Shown: piece by piece, positions 8,888 through 15,156 of the stretch
Numbering within the stretch: the first letter of the stretch is position 1
Layout of the letters: every line of letters starts with the position of its first letter
Origin: Geotalea daltonii FRC-32
GTDB taxonomy: Bacteria; Desulfobacterota; Desulfuromonadia; Geobacterales; Geobacteraceae
Reading direction: 5' to 3'
Assembly (NCBI RefSeq): GCF_000022265.1
Contig: NC_011979.1
Coordinates: 2,670,001 to 2,702,000 of the forward strand
Length of the DNA: 32,000 nucleotides
Notes under the pieces: model-generated
Told to the model about the DNA's origin: nothing
Databases searched by the model: none
The model's input: only the letters and a program-made list of their open reading frames with translations
Program-made: the position numbers and the translations under genes

Positions 8888-8922
8888 CTGGAGCCCCAGC
8901 GGAGTAACCGGTGGGGCTCCAG
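8888..8922 (-). other. Intercistronic stem-loop between bssA1 and bssB1
   Basis: ctggagcccca / tggggctccag form perfect 11-bp arms around a 13-nt loop that can extend the stem by CGG/CCG. It lies in the 75-nt bssA-bssB spacer. No U-tract. Confidence 0.5.
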
Positions 8923-8940
8923 AAATCTGGCTTTGGGCTA

Positions 8941-11529
8941 TTACAGCGGTGCGTTGATGTACTCGTAGTCATCGGCCCCGAAGTGCTGCTCGTTGCGGGC
9001 AATAATGGTGTTCTGTCCGTAGGTCGGGACATCCACGAAACGGGCACTGAAGCCGGAAACCCTGACGATAAGATCCTGATGCTTTTCCGGTTCTTTCTGG
9101 GCGGCTTTGAGTTCAGCGGTACTCACGCAGTTGAACTGCACGTGGGCAATGTTGAGTGACTCCCAGGTGTCCATGTACGACTTCCAGATATCGAAGCCAT
9201 GGATGCTGCGCATCATCGGCACGTTGAGCCGCTGATTGAGCAAGTTGGTCTTCTGGTTCTTCTGTACCTTGGAAACCGACTTGAGCACCGCCGTTGGCCC
9301 CTTTTTGTCCGTGCCGAAGTAGGGTGAGATGCCGCCGTCATCGGCTGCGTCACCGCCAAAGCGGCCGTCCGGGGTGGGGCCGGTGCGGGAGCCGACCTCC
9401 ATGTAGAGGCCGACAGCCTGGCCGACCGGCAGCACAGGACCTCCGGAAAAATTGGTCACTTTGGCCAATTCACCTCCGAGGATTTCCTCGTAGAACTTGC
9501 TGATGATACCGTCAGCGTAGGGGTCGTCGTTTCCCCACTTGGGCGCATTGAGGAAATCCTGGCGCATGGCTTCGTGGCCTTCCCAGTTGGCTTGGAGAGC
9601 GTCGAGGAGCTGCTTCATGGTGTACTTCTTCTCGTCGTAGATCAGCTTCTTGATGGCGACCAGGGAGTTGGCGGCAACGACGGTGGTGATCGGGTTGTGC
9701 CAACCGTTGGGCTGTTCGGAGAGCTCCACCGAGTCAATGCCGAGCTCCATGCAGCCGTCGTCGATGCTGGAAACAAAAGGCATCTGCATTACCTGGCACT
9801 CGAAATGCCGCATGACATCCTTGGCCCGGATGACCAGGCTGGTGACGTAGGCATACTGCTTGCGGAAAGCTTCCAAGAGGTCGTCAAAAGTCTTGAATCC
9901 CGTCGCCTCGCCAGTCTTGGGACCGAGCTGCATGCCGGAATAGGACCAGTCGTAGCCGTTGTTGAGGGCAATTTCCAGGAGTTTTGCCGGGAAAATCGCG
10001 CCGCCCCCTTCTGATCGGGTCTTCTGAGTTTTCCTCCTGCCGCAGACACCGGGCGACATACAGAGGACATTGGCCCATCGATGGGCCTCGTCGTCGGTGA
10101 CCCCGTTTTCATTCAGGCTAAACTGGCTGTAGAACTTCATCTGTTCGACGCCAATCCTGTTGTGCATGATGGAGGGATAGCCCAGGCCGTCCCTGACGCA
10201 CTCGAACACGAGCCGCTTCGTCTTGACCCGGCCAACCGGATCCCATCTGAAGACGATGGAGGGTTCGGTGGTGCGGATGTTGCGCGCCCCTTCCAGGATG
10301 GCATCGGTCATGTCGCTGCAGGCGTCTACAAAGCCTGGCTTGGTACCCCCCACCGTCAGGATGAACAGGTCATTGGAACCGGGGAATATTTCCCGATAGG
10401 CGCGGGATTTGCCGGCGCCGTGCTCGGAGATCTTCAGGCGCTCGCACTCCACCAGTTCCACCACATCCTTGTGGGTCATGGGCTGGAAGCTCCTGTCCTT
10501 GACGCTGATGTTATAGTACGGCTCCAGCAGTTCATCCTCCTTCTGGGCAAAGCCGCTGGCGTAGCGGTCAAGGGCATGGCAGATGAGGAAGACAAACCAT
10601 TTGGACTGGAAGGCGTCCCTGAGTCCTTTGCACGGTTCGGCGGGGACCCGGTGGCAAATCTCCGAGATCTCCAACAGCTCTTCCTTGCGGGCGGAATTGG
10701 TCTCGAAATTTTCCGCGACGATCTTGGCCAGCCTGGCGTGACGGCGGGCCCAGTTGATGACCGCCTCGTCGGCAATGATCATTGCCTTCCAGAGATCGAT
10801 CTTGGGGATCCAGGAGAGCTGCTTGGTGGCGTCCCAGGGGGTTTTTTCCATCTCGGCCTGGGCATTGGCCAGCTTTTCTTTGGCCAGTTCGATCCGCTTC
10901 AGGAGGCCGTCCTCCAGCACCGTCTCGTAAGGAGGGACAATGCTGTTGTAGCCGGAAGCGAACATGGGGCCTTCCATGGTGCTTACCTGATACATTCTGG
11001 TGAGGTCTGCCTGATCAAAATAGGGCTCGCACTTGGCCTGAATGCTGAACGGCTTCCAGTAGTTGAGGATCTCCTGGGCTTCATCCTTGGGCTGCGGCGC
11101 GTAGTCGGTCATCAGGTAGTCCTGGACCGCCATGTAGGCGAGCTCGGGATAGAGGGGGAACATCTCCGGATCTTCGGCATGGTAGCCGATGATCAGTTCG
11201 TCGTCCTGGAGCACCAGGGTGCAGTTATTGAGGAGATGGGCGAGTCCGAGGGCACGGCGGATGACTTCCGGCTTGCCGGCGGTTGCCTTGTGCGATTCGG
11301 TGATGAGCCGCATTCTTTCGATACCTGCCCGGACTTCCTTGTCGATGAATTCACCGGCAGAGGCATGCTTCCAGCGGCACCTTGCCTTGAGCCTCCTGGT
11401 CCGTTCGGTGGTCGGCTTGCAGAGGTTTTCGTGCAAAATCTCGTCAGGCACGTTCATTTCTTCCGGGTTTTCCAGCGGAAAATCGATTGTCCTGCCTTTG
11501 TAGTTGATGGACTGGGCTACCATTGCCAT
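8941..11529 (-). CDS. bssA: Benzylsuccinate synthase-type fumarate-adding glycyl radical enzyme, alpha subunit, copy 1 (862 aa)
   Basis: Glycyl radical motif DLIVRVSGFSARFVD (Gly826, codon 9052-9054). Thiyl Cys in VLCMSPGV (Cys490, codon 10060-10062). Fumarate-binding TRSEGGG. BssA-typical C-terminus PTYGQNTIIARNEQ. GGGAGA RBS. Confidence 0.95.
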   Translation of the reverse strand: MAMVAQSINYKGRTIDFPLENPEEMNVPDEILHENLCKPTTERTRRLKARCRWKHASAGEFIDKEVRAGIERMRLITESHKATAGKPEVIRRALGLAHLLNNCTLVLQDDELIIGYHAEDPEMFPLYPELAYMAVQDYLMTDYAPQPKDEAQEILNYWKPFSIQAKCEPYFDQADLTRMYQVSTMEGPMFASGYNSIVPPYETVLEDGLLKRIELAKEKLANAQAEMEKTPWDATKQLSWIPKIDLWKAMIIADEAVINWARRHARLAKIVAENFETNSARKEELLEISEICHRVPAEPCKGLRDAFQSKWFVFLICHALDRYASGFAQKEDELLEPYYNISVKDRSFQPMTHKDVVELVECERLKISEHGAGKSRAYREIFPGSNDLFILTVGGTKPGFVDACSDMTDAILEGARNIRTTEPSIVFRWDPVGRVKTKRLVFECVRDGLGYPSIMHNRIGVEQMKFYSQFSLNENGVTDDEAHRWANVLCMSPGVCGRRKTQKTRSEGGGAIFPAKLLEIALNNGYDWSYSGMQLGPKTGEATGFKTFDDLLEAFRKQYAYVTSLVIRAKDVMRHFECQVMQMPFVSSIDDGCMELGIDSVELSEQPNGWHNPITTVVAANSLVAIKKLIYDEKKYTMKQLLDALQANWEGHEAMRQDFLNAPKWGNDDPYADGIISKFYEEILGGELAKVTNFSGGPVLPVGQAVGLYMEVGSRTGPTPDGRFGGDAADDGGISPYFGTDKKGPTAVLKSVSKVQKNQKTNLLNQRLNVPMMRSIHGFDIWKSYMDTWESLNIAHVQFNCVSTAELKAAQKEPEKHQDLIVRVSGFSARFVDVPTYGQNTIIARNEQHFGADDYEYINAPL

Positions 11530-11551
11530 AAGTTATCTCCCTGTGAACTTT

Positions 11552-11728
11552 TTATTTGGACTTCTTGAAGGTCGGACATGAAGGGGTGGCATGCACCGTT
11601 GGCTTTGAAAGCCAGTATTTTCCTTTGGCATCTTCTTTCTGGGTCACGCAATCTCCCCGGCCCGGTTCATAGTCCCCTGCGTTTTCAGGAACGGCAAAAT
11701 AGAATGAGCAATCTTGGCATGTGGTCAT
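11552..11728 (-). CDS. bssC: Benzylsuccinate synthase gamma subunit, copy 1 (58 aa; below the ORF-track cutoff)
   Basis: Hand translation: MTTCQDCSFYFAVPENAGDYEPGRGDCVTQKEDAKGKYWLSKPTVHATPSCPTFKKSK. Four Cys, AAGGAG RBS, position between bssD and bssA, and a paralogue at 26045-26218. Confidence 0.85.
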   Translation of the reverse strand: MTTCQDCSFYFAVPENAGDYEPGRGDCVTQKEDAKGKYWLSKPTVHATPSCPTFKKSK

Positions 11729-11822
11729 CTTGAATCTCCTTTATCGAGGAATTTGAAAAACTACTGTCTCCTCATCATGTTTTTGTTGGGCATTAAGGTT
11801 GTAATGGTTCTCGCTGCATCTC

Positions 11823-12872
11823 TTATTGCCGGACCGGCACCACCCCCTTTGCCCGTGACGGATGTGGCCGTCGCGGCAGAATACTGCCATCAGCCCTTGA
11901 TGCCTCGTTGCCGACAGCGGTTCCTGTTGGTGATATGGTGCCGACCAAGCCGCCAATGGTAACCTCACGGATGCCTTTTATCCTGAGGGCATCTGCCAGG
12001 GGAAAAAGGTTACGGGCAGCAAGATCCGGGACCCCCAGGTAGTGGTAGCGCCGCCCCAATTGCGCATATTTGCCGGTTGCATAGGAGTGATAGGGAAGCA
12101 GATCCACACCGGTCAGGTAGTCGGCGAATTGTCCCAGGTACTCTGCATACATCTCGAAATCGCCGGCGGTGTCGTTGATGCCCGGAATAATCGGCAGATG
12201 GATGCGTGTCGCAGCTCCGGCCTTTATTAGCCGTTCGAGATTTGCCAGGATTTTGTGAAGGGAGCCGCCGATTACCTGCTCGTATTTTTCTGGCTCCAGC
12301 GATTTGATATCGACAATGAACAGGTCGACAAATTCCAACAGCGGGACGATATTTTCCCACTCTGCAAAGAGGCAGGTCTCCACTGCCACGTGGACATCCT
12401 CCCGGACCTTGAGAATACGAGTCAGTTCGCGGGTAAATGCCGGGTACATGAGAGGTTCTCCGCCACTGATCGTGACTCCGCCTCCGCTGTTGTTGTAAAA
12501 AATACGGTCCGATACCGCTTCTTCTACAATGGCGTTCATATCCAGAGGCTTGCCCACCGTTTCACGTGCACCGAACCGGCAGGCAGATACACATCCCAGG
12601 CACGACGTGCAGCGGCTTCTATCGACAATTTCCTCGACACCCTTTTGCGGCACGAAGGATGTGCATACGCCGGATGGGCAACTGCCGACGCACTGCCCGC
12701 ATCCCTTGCATTTGTTTGCGTGAAAATAGAATTCGGGTTTTAAGCTGATGTTTTCCGGATTGTGACACCAGGGGCACTGGAGAGGACACCCCTTGACGAA
12801 GATGGTGGTTCTTATACCAGGGCCGTCCTGCAGACAGAACCTCTGGATTTCAGTGATAAGTGGAGTGAGCAT
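11823..12872 (-). CDS. bssD: Glycyl radical enzyme activating enzyme (radical SAM), copy 1
   Basis: ATG 12872 (MLTPLITEIQRF...) follows AAGGAGG. Radical-SAM CPLQCPWC, plus two ferredoxin-like clusters CKGCGQCVGSCP and CTSCLGCVSACR. The track ORF (to 13115) adds 81 AT-rich codons that run through the promoter. Confidence 0.9.
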   Translation of the reverse strand: MLTPLITEIQRFCLQDGPGIRTTIFVKGCPLQCPWCHNPENISLKPEFYFHANKCKGCGQCVGSCPSGVCTSFVPQKGVEEIVDRSRCTSCLGCVSACRFGARETVGKPLDMNAIVEEAVSDRIFYNNSGGGVTISGGEPLMYPAFTRELTRILKVREDVHVAVETCLFAEWENIVPLLEFVDLFIVDIKSLEPEKYEQVIGGSLHKILANLERLIKAGAATRIHLPIIPGINDTAGDFEMYAEYLGQFADYLTGVDLLPYHSYATGKYAQLGRRYHYLGVPDLAARNLFPLADALRIKGIREVTIGGLVGTISPTGTAVGNEASRADGSILPRRPHPSRAKGVVPVRQ

Positions 12873-12916
12873 TGGGCACCTCCTTGGCGGCAGATTGCTT
12901 TCATAAGGATATTGAT

Positions 12917-12932
12917 AGCAGGAGCCATGCCA
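12917..12932 (-). promoter_or_regulatory. Sigma54 (-24/-12) promoter of bss operon 1
   Basis: The minus strand reads TGGCATGGCTCCTGCT, with GG and GC at the consensus spacing of TGGCAC-N5-TTGCW. It lies about 45 nt upstream of the bssD ATG. A divergent sigma54 activator is adjacent, and a near-identical element precedes copy 2. Confidence 0.75.
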
Positions 12933-13282
12933 AAACAATGTTTCATAAATGTTAGTATGGTAGTGGTGTGATAGGTCGCGTATGTAGTCTTGTTGTGGTA
13001 AAGTCTTGTAAATTAAGTATGTTAAGTAAAAAACAACATAGAATAATATTGTTTTGTAATGGTGGTTATTTTGAAGGGTAATGGTGTTCGATGAGGGAAA
13101 TTGATACTCTTTCAACTTTGCTCAATTTCTAAATACCGCCAGACCGGTTCTTCTTTTTCAGAAAATGATAAATTTTTTTTTTACCGGGCGCCTAAACTCG
13201 CATAGGTGAGTAGAAAGGAGGTTCAGGCGGGGGTGAGGCCTTTTCTGTTCTTCTGCTGGGCATCTGCGGTCAGGGTAAAAAT

Positions 13283-13322
13283 TTGCTTTTTTCCCTGAAT
13301 ATGGTTATATAAAACATTGTTC
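13283..13322 (+). promoter_or_regulatory. Candidate sigma70 promoter of regulator 1 (TTGCTT-17-TATATA) overlapped by palindrome AAACATTGTTC
   Basis: -35 at 13283-13288, 17-nt spacer, -10 at 13306-13311. The palindrome at 13312-13322 sits at the predicted start site. The same layout precedes regulator 2. Confidence 0.35.
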
Positions 13323-13353
13323 GATAAATCTAAAGATTTGCAGAAGGACTGAA

Positions 13354-15087
13354 ATGGAGAAAAAAAATAGGAAAGTAAAAGGTTTGCCCACATATGATTC
13401 CGTTAGTAGTAGCATGCGATCACAACTGCGTTTTTCCAGTGAAACTGGTCAGATATGGCTGCACGAACACCGGATGCTGCTGGTACATGCCGATGCCCAT
13501 GCCTTGATGCGCCGCGAGTTGATCGATGCGCTGGGAATGGGGCGTGCACGTGGATTGCTCATGCGCATGGGATATGTGTCGGGGATGAGCGACTTCGAGC
13601 TTACCCGTCTCAACCCCGAAATTACCAGCGACTTGCAATTGTACATGGCAGGACCACTGCTTCACACCCTGGAAGGGATTGTTAAGACCACCATCACCAA
13701 ACTGGAAATAGACCGTAAAACGGGCAAGTTCTATGTTGAGGCGAAATGGGAGAATTCATGGGAGGGGCAGGCTCACCTGCGTCACTATGGTGAGTCGTCC
13801 GAGGGTGTCTGCTGGAACCTGATCGGCTATGCCAGTGGCTATACGTCTGCCTTCATGGGCAAGCCTATTTTATGCAAAGAGATTGCCTGCCATGCAATGG
13901 GCATGAACCATTGTTCTCTCGTTGGTAAACCGGCTGAGGAGTGGGATGATGCAAGTGATTTCGAGCTGCTGACTAATCACGAATCCATCGCCGACCAGCT
14001 CATTGGTCTTCAAAACCAGGTTGTGCAGTTGCGCTCTGCCATGGGTAAGAAAACGAAGCTTCCGTCCGATATTGTCGGCAATTCGCCGGCTTTTCTTACT
14101 GCTTACGAACTGCTTACCCAAGCAGCCGACAGCCAGATCAATGTGCTGCTCCAGGGGGAGACGGGGGTCGGCAAGGAGGTTTTCGCTCGCACGCTGCATG
14201 AGAAGGGGGTCCGTTGCAAGGAGTCGTTCATCGCCATCAATTGCGCCGCCATACCCCATGATCTGGTGGAGTCGGAACTGTTCGGCGTGGAGAAAGGCGC
14301 CTTTACCGGTGCCCTTGCCTCCCGGCCCGGTCGTTTCGAGCGTGCCAATGGCGGCACCTTGTTTCTGGATGAGGTGGGTGACCTGCCCCTTTCGGCCCAG
14401 GCGAAGCTGCTCCGCGTGCTGCAGGAGGGTGAGGTGGAACGCCTGGGAGGCACAGAAACCTACAAGGTCGATGTGCGGCTGGTTGCGGCAACCAACATCG
14501 ACCTGAAACAGCTCGTGGGTAATGGTAAATTTCGTTCCGATTTGTACTACCGGTTGAATGCTCTGCAGATCAACATTCCTCCCCTCAGGGATCGTAAGCT
14601 TGACATTTTGATCCTGGCTAAGAGTTTTCTCAAGAAATTCAGTGATATTAACGGGAAAAAACTGCGCGGTTTCTCCGACAAGGCCAAGCTGGCTTTGCTC
14701 GCCTATCAATGGCCGGGCAATATCAGGGAACTGCAGAACGTTGTGGAGCGAGGAGTTATGCTTGCTCCCAGTGGTAATCATATTGCCATAAATCACATGT
14801 TTCCTTCCTATAACGAGCAGGTAACCGAATTGCGCCTTGATGGCAAAGGGGGGCTGACCGACAGCCAGAGAGAAAGCGGCAAGGATTTCTGCGAGGCGAT
14901 CCTGAGCGGCAAAATCACCCTTGAACAGGCCAATACCCTGTTGGCGGAAGCTGCCGTAGAGAAAGCAAAGGGCAATCTTTCCGCAGCGGCGAGAATGCTC
15001 GGTCTCTCACGTCCCCAGCTTGCCTATCGCCTGGAGCACCAGAGTGAGACCTCGATGAAAGCCGGCAAACAAAGCCGCCCCCTTTGA
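13354..15087 (+). CDS. Sigma54-dependent transcriptional activator, XylR/DmpR type (XylR_N + V4R sensor, AAA+ domain, Fis-type HTH), copy 1
   Basis: Sensor: SQLRFSSETGQIWLHEHRMLLVH...GRARGLLMRMGY and V4R-like GVCWNLIGYASGY...CKEIAC...HCSLVG. AAA+: GETGVGKE, GAFTGA loop, DEVGDL. HTH: AAARMLGLSRPQLAYRL. Divergent from bssD. Confidence 0.85.
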   Translation: MEKKNRKVKGLPTYDSVSSSMRSQLRFSSETGQIWLHEHRMLLVHADAHALMRRELIDALGMGRARGLLMRMGYVSGMSDFELTRLNPEITSDLQLYMAGPLLHTLEGIVKTTITKLEIDRKTGKFYVEAKWENSWEGQAHLRHYGESSEGVCWNLIGYASGYTSAFMGKPILCKEIACHAMGMNHCSLVGKPAEEWDDASDFELLTNHESIADQLIGLQNQVVQLRSAMGKKTKLPSDIVGNSPAFLTAYELLTQAADSQINVLLQGETGVGKEVFARTLHEKGVRCKESFIAINCAAIPHDLVESELFGVEKGAFTGALASRPGRFERANGGTLFLDEVGDLPLSAQAKLLRVLQEGEVERLGGTETYKVDVRLVAATNIDLKQLVGNGKFRSDLYYRLNALQINIPPLRDRKLDILILAKSFLKKFSDINGKKLRGFSDKAKLALLAYQWPGNIRELQNVVERGVMLAPSGNHIAINHMFPSYNEQVTELRLDGKGGLTDSQRESGKDFCEAILSGKITLEQANTLLAEAAVEKAKGNLSAAARMLGLSRPQLAYRLEHQSETSMKAGKQSRPL

Positions 15088-15096
15088 GTAATGCGT

Positions 15097-15119
15097 GGGG
15101 AAGGAGATGTTCCTTCCCC
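15097..15119. terminator. GC-rich hairpin between the convergent regulator-1 and RND genes
   Basis: ggggaagga-gatgt-tccttcccc forms a 9-bp perfect stem. It has no strong U-tract on either strand, so this is a weak terminator call. Confidence 0.35.
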
Positions 15120-15156
15120 CGTAAAAGGGTGACGGTCCACCCCCCTGCAAAACCTG

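Noticed and set aside
10081-11568. Very long plus-strand ORFs antisense to both bssA genes (495 aa at 10081-11568 and 539 aa at 24408-26027), present in both copies.
   Set aside because: Both lie in the codon-aligned antisense frame of bssA, where antisense stops require the sense codons TTA, CTA or TCA, which these genes rarely use. The translations are low-complexity (G/V/L/D-rich) with no motifs or RBS. They are shadow ORFs, not overlapping genes.
11823-13115. The track's 430-aa (and 370-aa, 26276-27388) versions of the activating enzyme with long N-terminal extensions.
   Set aside because: The extensions are AT-rich, not conserved between the two copies, and run through the -24/-12 promoter. 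Both copies have a conserved M(L/P)TPLITEIQRF start directly after AAGGAGG.
13870-14796. 308-aa and 335-aa (28608-29615) minus-strand ORFs inside the two regulator genes.
   Set aside because: They are antisense shadows of clearly motif-bearing sigma54 activator genes. Their apparent conservation only reflects the near-identical nucleotide block on the sense strand.
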